64,000 nucleotides of DNA, from NCBI GenBank assembly GCA_002269645.1, contig NIVC01000857.1, forward strand, positions 62,001 to 126,000, written 5' to 3'. Positions within the stretch are counted from its first letter, which is position 1; each line of letters begins with the position of its first letter. The notes beneath the pieces are model-generated. The model did not search any database, had not been told where the DNA came from, and saw nothing but the letters and a program-made list of their open reading frames with translations. Of the stretch, positions 29,721 to 39,815 are shown in pieces. Made by a program: the position numbers and the translations under genes. This DNA comes from Macrostomum lignano. Lineage: Eukaryota.

Positions 29721-30049
29721 GGAGAGAACTAAACTAGCGAACAAAATCGGAAGTGCATTTCTACAAAAGGTCATCGGAGACCAGAGAGAGTCAGGGCAGC
29801 AGGCAGTCAGGTCAGGGGGGTAAGGATTAACCAGAAGAGCCGTGAAGGACAGACTCGAGCAGAAGTAAAGAAGCAAAACCTCACTAAAAAGGATTCAAAG
29901 CATAAATATTTAATCCCGGGGTGTCACAAAAGCTCTCGAGGCCAGAAACCTGTTGGAGGCCTCCACTCTTCAATGCAGCCTGTCTCTCTTTCCCTTCCCT
30001 AACTAAAGCAGCGAAACCTCCCAGCTTCCGGGCTTCCGGATGAGGCTGC

Positions 30050-30130
30050 GGGCAGCCAATGGCTCGGAGGCCCCTAAAGCAGATCATTGGCTCGCTACGG
30101 GGGGCGGCGGAGGGCGGGGCGGGGCGCCGC
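30050..30130 (+). promoter_or_regulatory. CCAAT boxes plus GC box upstream of Pax2/5/8 exon 1a
   Basis: CAGCCAAT at about 30053-30060, ATTGG at about 30086 and GGGCGGGGCGGGGCG at about 30112-30126, 230-300 bp upstream of ATG 30358. Conserved in the right arm. Confidence 0.4.
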
Positions 30131-30357
30131 TTTCACTGGCGAGGCGCGATGAAGGGAATTTCGATGAGGCTTGGAGGCGGCTGGGGTGGCGCGCCGGTTT
30201 GCTGGGCTGCTGGAGCGGGGGAATTGCGAGCGGCGCTGAGAGAGCAAATAAAAAGGAGGCGGAGAGGGCGATGAGGCATCTTCTTGCGACTCTGCTGAAG
30301 CAGAAGATTTTGTCGACAATAAAAGCTGCAAGTTAAGCTTCTTTTGGGCCAGCTGAG

Positions 30358-33300
30358 ATGGACAGCCTGAAGTACCTGTGGCAGTGGTCCGCTCCCTCGG
30401 CCAGGGGAGCCGCTGAACTTCCCGGATCTGCCGAGGCCGCCGCCGCCTCCCAGTTTCTCAGCGCCGCGGCCGCCGGCGGCGGCGCAGGCGGCGGCGCAGG
30501 CGGCGGTTGCGGAGGCGGCAGCGGCGGCGGCGGGTCGCACGCGACTGCGATGGGCTACCACCGGGCCTGCCTGTACCCGCCGGGCCCGGGGCCCTCGCCC
30601 TACTGCCCCTACCCGTCGCCCTCCCAGGCCAGCTCGTTCTACGAGGACGTGTACATGCGGGCCAAGGGCGGCAAGGGAAAGGGTGAGTCTCCTCCGAGCT
30701 GCTCCCCGGGGGTGTCGCGTGCTGGTCTGGATGCTGAGCATTTCACAGGGCCCTGCCTCGCATCCGTGGCCCCGGCTCTTTGCCTTGTTTTCTAGCTGCA
30801 GATTTCCCAAAAGGCTGGGGAGCTGATCGCCTCTCATTGCTGTTTCTGGCGAATTCAATCGCTGAATTTTTCATGTACCTGAGACTCAGCTTCATCAGCT
30901 TCATTACAAAACAAAAAGCCGCAGTCTGCCAGGCTCCCTTGGGACCGGTAAAAAATTCATTGCTTTATGCTCATAGGTGATCTGGGACAAATTGGCGGAG
31001 CACCCGATCGCTGAATTATGCAGCACCGACTTTCCCTCACCATTTTATTGCCGAAAGTTTTTTCTTAAAAAAATTCAAACATCTGCTGAGAGCCGTCGCG
31101 GCGCTTATTTGTCCCCCCCCTTGATGGCGCTGGCACCTCCCTTAATTGGCTGGGACGCCTCGCTTTGTCAGATCTGTTTCTCTGATTTTGATTGTTTTAT
31201 TGCTGTGCTGTCTGAGTTCATTGCTTGGTGGCTCTCATGTTGGCACTGCTGCAGAGCGGGCTGCGCTCTCTGCGTGTCTTACGGAGTTTTTGGCCTCTTC
31301 CGCTGAATAATTAATCGGCTCTGCAGCCGGGGAGTCCCAGATCCTGACCAGCGCTGGTGAGATCGCAGCAGATCACTTTCGGAAGCAGGGCAAGAATTAA
31401 TGAATTTGTATTGGGGCTGGCAGGCGGGTTCTCACGCCAAGTTCATTATTTGTAAATGCAATATTTTTTGCACTGGCTAATTTGCACTGGCTAACTGGCT
31501 GAAATCGCAGGGCCAAGCCAGGCGGAAGTCAGGGGCGGGGAGTTGCGTATGCAAATTCGTTTGCGCAAGCGCAGAGACACGGGGGCGGAGAAAGTGAGAG
31601 AAACTCAGTCCTGTCAGCCACTTCAGCCGCTGGGCAGCCAGAACTGCTGTGGTTGGAAATGAACAACACCAACACTTCACTCAGCGGCCACCACTCATGA
31701 GAAGGCGCGCAGCTTCATCTCCAGTCTCCCTCTTCTTGTGCTTCATCGCGCCGACTCCGGCATCCTGCAGCAGCCGCCCCCCCCGCGGCGAAGCCTCAAA
31801 GAAGCCGCCGCCACGCCGCTGTCCCTTTGTGCGCGCCGGGGGGGGGCGGCCTCTCAGATCCACTCTTCTTTTCTTGTTGCCCAATTGCGCTAATTTAATT
31901 GCGTTACAAGTTGCAAGAAAAGTGATTTACGTCTCGTTACCCTCTGAGCAGCCACTCCGGGCCCGGCTCCCCATTCTCCATCGGCCCCAAATGCACATGC
32001 GTTTCCTGGAATGAGAGCCGTCCCTAACCCAGTTAAGTCCATGCCGGGACCTCCCTATAGCGCTCGCTAATCAAGAGGGGCTGATTTGGGGGGGGGTCAC
32101 GGCTCCGGGCGTATAAAATACGGAATTTCCGTGGCGTGGCTTTATTGCGTCCGCCAGCCCAGCTTCCTGGCCGCATCGGCATATATTGCTCAGGCCTGAG
32201 ATCCTCTCGCTTCTCCTTGGCTGGGGTTTTCCTCGCTTTGCAAGTGCGAATTCGCAGACTCGCGCCCGGCATAGCAGATGGACAGCGGCGGCAGCGGCCG
32301 CGGCAAAGGCGGAAACCCGCAGGAGTCCCTGCTGCGGTTGCACCTTCTTGGCATGTACCTGAAGAACATCGGTGAGCAGCATCATGGAGCTTCCATGGCC
32401 CTCAGAGATCTGAATAGCGCTCCCAGTGGCGCTCCCAGTGGCGCTCCCAGTGGCGCTCCCAGTGGCGCTCCCAGTGGCGCTCCTAGTGGCGCTCCCAGTG
32501 GCGCTCCTAGTGGCGCTCCCAGTGGCGCTCTCAGTGGCGCTCCCAGTGGCGCTCTCAGTGGCGCTCCCAGTGGCGCTCTCAGTGGCGCTCTCAGTGGCGC
32601 TCTCAGTGGCGCTCCCAGTGGCGCTCCCAGTGGCGCTCTCAGTGGCGCTCCAAGTGGCGCTCCCAGTGGCGCTCCCAGTGGCGCTCCCTGTGGTATTTAA
32701 AAAGGCGCTCCTGGGATCACTTCAAATGGCGCTCCCAAAAGAGCTACCACTGGCGCTTCTAATGGCGCTTCTAATGGCGCTTCTAGTGGCGCTTCTGATG
32801 GCGCTTCTTATGACGCTTCTAATGGCGCTTGTAATGGCGCTTTTAATGGCGCTTCTAATGGCGCTTCTAGTGGCGCTTCTAGTGGCGCTTCTAGTGGCGC
32901 TTCTAATGGCGCTTCCAATAGCCTTATAAGCAAGAATAACTTCCATGCCCCTTCATTGGTGACCCCAACGCCACTCTTGTTCGACCCCGCAGGCCACGGC
33001 GGCATCAACCAGCTGGGCGGAGCCTTCGTGAACGGCCGCCCGCTGCCTGACTTCACCCGCAACCAGATTGTCGAACTGGCGCAGCGCGGCGTCCGGCCCT
33101 GCGACATCAGCCGGCGGCTCCGCGTCAGCCACGGCTGCGTGTCGAAGATTCTCGGCCGGTTCTACGAGACCGGCAGCATCCGGCCTGGCGTCATCGGCGG
33201 CTCCAAGCCGAAGGTGGCCACCCCCTCGGTGGTGGACGCCATCTGCAAGTACAAGGCCGACAATCCCACCATGTTCGCCTGGGAGATCCGCGACATGCTG

Positions 33301-33608
33301 CTGTCCGAGGGCGTCTGCTCGCAGGACACCGTGCCCTCCGTGTCCTCCATCAACCGCATCGTGCGGAACAAGGCGGCCGAGCGGGGCGGCCAGTCCGGAG
33401 ATGACGAGGACGAGGGCCGCGCGCCCAGCTGCGATGGGCGGGAGCAGCAGCAGCAGCCGCCACCTCAGCAGGCCGCCAGCAGCAGCGCCGGCTCCCATCA
33501 GGGCTTGCTGCTGTCGAGCCACGCGGCCTACACCATCAAGGGGCTGCTGGGCGGTCTGAACTCCGCGGCCACTGCCAAAGACGGCCAGCAGCAGCAACAG
33601 CAACAGCA

Positions 33609-33644
<36 letters not shown>

Positions 33645-36600
33645 GAGTCAGCACCAGCAGCTGCTGCTGGCCGGTGACTCTTCGCCGGGAAGCTCTTCCG
33701 TCAGCAACGGCGCCCTGTCGGATGAGAATCAGAACAGCCTGCAGCAGCAGCAGCAACAGCAGCAGAGGAAACGCCGACACATGCAGATGCAGCACTTGAA
33801 TGACCCGGGTGAGCTGCTTTGATTTCTGTGGCGTTTCTCAAGCTCGAATCTTTACCAGCTCGAATCTTTACCAGCTCCAATCTTTACCAGCTCCAATCTT
33901 TACCAGCTCGAATCTTTACCAGCTCGAATCTTTACCAGCTCGAATCTTTACCAGCTCGAATCTTTACCAGCTCGAAACTTTACCAGCTCGAATCTTTACC
34001 AGCTCGAATCTTTACCAGCTCGAATCTTTACCAGCTCGAATCTTTACCAGCTCGAATCTTTACCAGCTCGAATCTTTACCAGCTCGAATCTTTACCAGCT
34101 AGAATCTTTACCAGCTCGAATCTTTACCAGCTCGAATATTTACCAGCTCCAATCTTTACCAGCTCGAATCTTTACCAGCTAGAATCTTTACCAGCTCGAA
34201 TCTTTACCAGCTCGAATCTTTACCAGCTCGAATCTTTACCAGCTAGAATCTTTACCAGCTCGAATCTTTACCAGCTCGCATCTTTACCAGCTCCAATCAT
34301 TACCAGCTCGAATCTTTACCAGCTCCAATCATTACCAGCTCGAATCTTTACCAGCTCGAATCTTTACCAGCTCGAATCTTTACCAGCTCGAATCTTTACC
34401 AGCTCGAATCTTTACCAGCTCGAATCTTTACCAGCTCGAATCTTTACCAGCTCGAATCTTTACCAGCTCGAATCTTTACCAGCTCGAATCTTTACCAGCT
34501 CGAATCTTTACCAGCTCGAATCTTTACCAGCTCGAATCTTTACCAGCTATTGTAGAATCTTTACCAGCTCCAATCTTTACCAGCTCCAATCTTTACCAGC
34601 TCGAATCTTTACCAGCTCGAATCTTTACCAGCTCGAATCTTTACCAGCTCGAATCTTTACCAGCTCGAATCTTTACCAGCTCGAATCTTTACCAGCTCGA
34701 ATCTTTACCAGCTCGAATCTTTACCAGCTCGAATCTTTACCAGCTCGAATCTTTACCAGCTCGAATCTTTACCAGCTCGAATCTTTACCAGCTCGAATCT
34801 TTACCAGCTCGAATCTTTACCAGCTCGAATCTTTACCAGCTCGAATCTTTACCAGCTCGAATCTTTACCAGCTCGAATCTTTACCAGCTCGAATCTTTAC
34901 CAGCTCGAATCTTTACCAGCTCGAATCTTTACCAGCTCGAATCTTTACCAGCTCGAATCTTTACCAGCTCGAATCTTTACCAGCTCGAATCTTTACCAGC
35001 TAGAATCTTTACCAGCTAGAATCTTTACCAGCTAGAATCTTTACAGCTAGAATCTTTACCAGCTCCAATCTTTACCAGCTAGAATCTTTACCAGCTAGAA
35101 TCTTTACCAGCTAGAATCTTTACCAGCTAGAATCTTTACCAGCTAGAATCTTTACCAGCTAGAATATTTACCAGCTCCAATCTTTACCAGCTAGAATCTT
35201 TACCAGCTAGAATCTTTACCAGCTAGAATCTTTTCCAGCTAGAATCTTTACCAGCTAGAATCTTTACCAGCTAGAATCTTTACCAGCTAGAATCTTTACC
35301 AGCTAGAATCTTTACCAGCTAGAATCTTTACCAGCTAGAATCTTTACCAGCTAGAATCTTTACCAGCTAGAATCTTTACCAGCTAGAATCTTTACCAGCT
35401 AGAATCTTTACCAGCTAGAATCTTTACCAGCTAGAATCTTTACCAGCTAGAATCTTTACCAGCTAGAATCTTTACCAGGGCCTGCAACCCGGCCTTCCAT
35501 TCATTTCAGACGCCACCAAGGAGCAGCAGTGCCACCGCCAGTCGCCACCGGATCGCCTAGAGGTGAGCATATTTGATTTATGTTTCCAAGGAATACAAAG
35601 CATTCCCATGGCCGAGTGACTCATTGAATAGAAATTCCAACCTCTTTCACAATCCAGTGGCTGTCACCGTCCAAGCGGATCAAAGTGGAGTCGCCAATTC
35701 CGGGCTCGAACCCCGGACTTCTGCCTGCACTCAGCGCCCAGCAGGCGGCGGCAGCGGCGGCGGCAGCGGCGGCGGCCTACGGCATCCCGCCGCAGGAGCC
35801 GCAGTTCTACCCGGCCTCCGCTGGCGTCCGGCACGCCGGGGCTATCACGGCCATAGCAACCACTTGGCAACCGAGCCGCAGTCGCTTCAGCCTCACCAGC
35901 CGCCTCAGCAGCCGCCGCCGCAGCATCAGCAACAGCCACCGCCTCCTCAGCCGCCGCAGCAGCCGGCGCTGCATCTGGAGTCGGACAGTCCGAAGCTGGA
36001 CGAGTTCCGAGCGCATTACGGACTGCCGGCAGCGCACCAGTACGGAGCCACCGCCAGCTACGCTGCGGAGTACGCGGCAGCCGCCGCCTATCAAGGCTAC
36101 GCCAGCCAGCACTACGCCAGCCAGCACTACGGCGCTCACCAAGATGCCACCGCCGCCTCCTCCTGGTTTCTGCAGTCCGCCTACGGCGCGCACACCAGGA
36201 TGAGTGAGTGCTGAGGGAGCCTCGCCAGGTTCAGGGGGTTGGTTTGTCGGGATCCCACGGGGCTTTAGGACATTGTTTCAACTGGGATTCATACGGGAGA
36301 TTCATCCGGGGTTCCGGAAACTTCAGGTTGGGGATTCATCCGGGGTTCCGGAAACTTCAGGTTGGGGATTCATCCGGGGTTCCGGAAACTTCAGTTTGGG
36401 GATTCATCCAGAGGTTCCGGAAACTTCAGGTTGGGGATTCATCCAGGGGTTCCGGAAACTTCAGGTTGGAGATTCATCCGGGGGTTTCTAAGAAAATTCA
36501 GAAGTTATCGATATAGGGAGCTTTAATTCATTTTAAAATCTCATTATTTTATTTAACAAAGCACCCAAAACGCCACTTTCACGACAGCCTACTATCAGTA

Positions 36601-36711
36601 GGCAAGCATCGCAAATTCGAATGAAATTAAATCAAGCCCGATCCTCCCGCAGACCCGCAGTACTATTACCCCTCAGCACCTGCCGCTGTCGCAAACGAAG
36701 GCCACTGCTGA
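30358..36711 (+). CDS. Pax2/5/8: Pax2/5/8 paired-box transcription factor, left copy (one apparent 1-nt frameshift in exon 4)
   Basis: Exons 30358-30682, 32993-33808, 35510-35562, 35658-36203 and 36653-36711, all GT-AG and phase-consistent. Paired domain [10 protein letters not shown]...[13 protein letters not shown]...[11 protein letters not shown]...[15 protein letters not shown]; octapeptide YTIKGLLG; polyQ tract; C-terminal NPQYYY. The G-run at 35838-35841 has 4 G versus 5 in the right copy. Confidence 0.92.
32112..32119 (+). promoter_or_regulatory. TATA box (TATAAAAT) of the proximal Pax2/5/8 promoter; mirror at 48274-48281
   Basis: Consensus match 166 bp upstream of ATG 32278. Confidence 0.55.
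32278..32371 (+). CDS. Alternative first coding exon 1b of Pax2/5/8 (left): [31 protein letters not shown](G)
   Basis: ATG downstream of a TATA box; ends ATC G|GTGAGC (phase 1), compatible with the paired-box acceptor at 32991-32992. Confidence 0.65.
32417..32915. repeat. Two related 12-bp arrays (GCGCTCCCAGTG about x23; GCGCTTCTAATG about x14); mirrors at about 47485-47975
   Basis: Direct read; located in the intron before the paired-box exon. Confidence 0.93.
33838..35478. repeat. 16-bp minisatellite (AGCTCGAATCTTTACC), about 100 copies, Pax intron
   Basis: Direct read; CTCG-type units 5', CTAG-type units 3'. Confidence 0.97.
36295..36485. repeat. ~33-bp repeat (GGGGATTCATCCGGGGTTCCGGAAACTTCAGGTT), about x5-6, last Pax intron; mirror at about 43915-44105
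   Basis: Direct read. Confidence 0.9.
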
Positions 36712-37189
36712 CCCAACCTGCCTGACTGCCACTGCGCGATGTTGCCTCTGCCGCTGCTTGTCCACTCCGCACTTTTCTGTCTACCTAGTCCCAGTGTTTG
36801 CAATCAGCCTCTCCGCCCTCCCTCAGCCTGTCAATTTCTGCTTTTTTGTCGTCACTTTTTGTTGTTGTTCTTGTTTTTCAAACTTCTTTTAGTCGCCTGT
36901 TGATGTTCTTGCCTGTAGCCACTTGTTGAACTTTCACCGCCGGACTCTCGTTTCCTCAGCTGTAAAACGCGCTCTGCAATGCTAAGATACTACTGGGGTT
37001 TCTCTCAGATATGCAGCTCTCTATACATTTAGTGTGTAGCAAAGTCTGCAAAATATACGCTGGAATATCTGTATTCTTCTTCTGCAAGAGGCCGCCTGTT
37101 CAGCGATAAGCCAACTGAATCCAATGATGCATTTTTCCTGTAGTCATTTTTCCTTTCTAAATTTGTCCGTATTGGCCTACTTAAAGTAG

Positions 37190-37195
37190 AATAAA
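37190..37195 (+). terminator. Candidate polyadenylation signal AATAAA of left Pax2/5/8
   Basis: About 480 bp after the stop codon and just before the 37250 array. Confidence 0.4.
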
Positions 37196-37247
37196 AGCGT
37201 ATTTTCCTAATTCTTTCTAAGCTTTGTATCGGAGAATGCTCTGTCTA

Positions 37248-38015
37248 GCACATTCTCTGTCTAGCACATTCTCTGTCCAACACATGATTTGTCTAACACA
37301 TTATCTCTCTAACACATTCCCTGTCTAACACATGATTTGTCTAACACAGTATCTCTCTAACACATTCCCTGTCTAACACATGATTTGTCTAACACAGTAT
37401 CTCTCTAACACATTCCCTGTCTAACACATGATTTGTCTAACACAGTATCTCTCTAACACATTATCTGTCTAACACATTATTTGTCTTAACACAGTCTCTG
37501 TCTAACACATTCCCTGTCTAACGAATTATCTCTCTAACACATTCCCTGTCTAACACATGATTTGTCTAACACAGTATCTCTCTATAACACATTCTCTGTC
37601 TAACACATTATCTGCCTAACACAGTCTCTGTCTAACACATTATCTGCCTAACACATCCCTTGTCTAACGAATTATATCTCTAACACATTCCCTGTCTAAA
37701 CATGATTTGTCTAACATAGTATCTCTCTATAACACATTCTCTGTCTAACACATTATCTGCCTAACACAGTCTCTGTCTAACACATTATCTGCCTAACACA
37801 GTCTCTGTCTAACACATTATCTGCCTAACACATCCCTTGTCTAACGAATTATATCTCTAACACATTCCCTGTCTAACACATGATTTGTCTAACATAGTAT
37901 CTCTCTATAACACATTCTCTGTCTAACACATTATCTGCCTAACACAGTCTCTGTCTAACACATTATCTGCCTAACACATCCCTTGTCTAACGAATTATAT
38001 CTCTAACACATCTCT
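37248..38015. repeat. Hierarchical 16-18-bp repeat (core CTAACACA), between the Pax and GATA 3' ends; mirror at about 42325-43160
   Basis: Direct read; higher-order blocks of about 120 bp. Confidence 0.92.
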
Positions 38016-38401
38016 GACACAAAGCAGTTGAGTGAAATTTTCAACTAAAATAAACCCAGTCAGTCGGCACCCAGGAGCTGGCAATAAAATTCCCAAAGAT
38101 ACACAATTGTTTCATTATATTAGCCCGCACAAACAACAACTCACACTCAAGTATAAGTTTTACACTGCTCATATTAAATAACAAGTAAATAAATACTGTA
38201 AAATTAAAAACTCAGTACACATTGCAAGAAAGCATCAAAAGTACGCAGTGTAAACGTAAAAAAGAAGAATTAAATGTGCGCTTGACGTGTGCATGCTGTG
38301 TGAACATCAAGACTCCATTTTTATGCTTTTTTGTTATCCACAACTGCGCCACCGTCCCTACTTGCAGTAGTCAGTTCAAGTAGTAAATATTTGCACAATT
38401 A

Positions 38402-38972
38402 TCAGTCGGCTTCACAGCAGCCCGAAAGGAGGTCGCCGCTGACGAAGGCGCCTCCCAGAATCCCTGCTGTGGATGCCGGGTACCGCGGCGGCGGCGCGGC
38501 GGCGGCTGTTGCTGCGCGCTGCTGCGGGGGCGGTGGTGGCGGAGGTGGAGGCGGCGGCTGCTGCTGCTGGTGCTGCGGTGGCGGCGGCGGTGGCAGCGCA
38601 GGCAGCCCCGAAGTCACGTGACTAAAGTGGCTTCCCGGAGCGGCGCTCTCCAAGCGCTGACGGTGCCGGCGCTAGCGCCACTGCCGGCCCTCCACCGAAG
38701 TAGTTCGCCGCCGGGAACTGGAAGCTGTGCATGGCGCTGCGCATCAGGTCGCTCATCGCGTCCAGCTCCTTCTTCTTCTTGCTCTTGATGGAGCTCTTGC
38801 GGTTGCGCGACTGGATTGAGTCCTTCTTCATGCTGATGGCCGGTCCACCTGGTGCAGCTTGAAGTACAGGCCGCAGGCGTTGCACACCGACGCCCTTGTG
38901 GTTGCGGCGCCACAAAGTCGTCTGCGTGTGGCGCAGTTCGAGGCAGGTCGTGCCGGCGCGGCGCTGCGCCGA
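38402..38972 (-). CDS. GATA1/2/3: GATA1/2/3 factor, left copy: only the last exon (C-terminal zinc finger to stop) is visible; several small indels
   Basis: cacgcag|TCG acceptor at 38972; [39 protein letters not shown]; stop at 38402-38404. Frame broken by +1/-1, -2 and -1 indels relative to the right copy. Upstream exons would lie in or beyond the N gap. Confidence 0.85.
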
Positions 38973-38984
38973 CTGCGTGTGGGT

Positions 38985-39400
38985 AGGAGTGACGGACTGT
39001 GAGTGACGGATTGTGAGTGACGGACTGTGAGTGACAGACTGTGAGTGACGGATGTGAGTGACGGACTGTGAGTGACGGACTGTGAGTGACGGACTGTGAG
39101 TGACGGACTGTGAGTGACGGATTGTGAGTGACGGACTGTGAGTGACGGATTGTGAGTGACGGACTGTGAGTGACGGACTGTGAGTGACGGATTGTGAGTG
39201 ATGGACTGTGAGTGACGGATTGTGAGTGACGACTGTGAGTGACGGACTAAGAGTGATGGATTGTGAGTGACCGACTGTGAGTGACGGATTGTGAGTGACG
39301 GACTGTGAGTGACGGACTGTGAGTGACGGACTTGAGTGACGGATTGTGAGTGACGGACTGTGAGTGACGGACTGTGAGTGACGGATTGTGAGTGACGGAT
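38985..39400. repeat. 14-bp minisatellite (GTGAGTGACGGA(C/T)T), GATA intron, runs into the gap
   Basis: Direct read; reverse complement of 40795-41340. Confidence 0.95.
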
Positions 39401-39815
39401 NNNNNNNNNNNNNNNNNNNNNNNNNNNNNNNNNNNNNNNNNNNNNNNNNNNNNNNNNNNNNNNNNNNNNNNNNNNNNNNNNNNNNNNNNNNNNNNNNNNN
39501 NNNNNNNNNNNNNNNNNNNNNNNNNNNNNNNNNNNNNNNNNNNNNNNNNNNNNNNNNNNNNNNNNNNNNNNNNNNNNNNNNNNNNNNNNNNNNNNNNNNN
39601 NNNNNNNNNNNNNNNNNNNNNNNNNNNNNNNNNNNNNNNNNNNNNNNNNNNNNNNNNNNNNNNNNNNNNNNNNNNNNNNNNNNNNNNNNNNNNNNNNNNN
39701 NNNNNNNNNNNNNNNNNNNNNNNNNNNNNNNNNNNNNNNNNNNNNNNNNNNNNNNNNNNNNNNNNNNNNNNNNNNNNNNNNNNNNNNNNNNNNNNNNNNN
39801 NNNNNNNNNNNNNNN
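39401..39815. other. Assembly gap (415 N) near the symmetry centre of the inverted duplication
   Basis: Direct read. Confidence 1.

Larger units (their letters stand above)
14757..39400 (+). repeat. Left arm of giant inverted duplication (at least 24.6 kb; outer boundary not visible)
   Basis: Every ORF and array from 14757 to 39400 recurs as reverse complement in 40930-64000. Coordinate sums are 78757 at the outer end, 80405 at Pax and 80327 at GATA; the drift is explained by array length changes. Confidence 0.97.
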
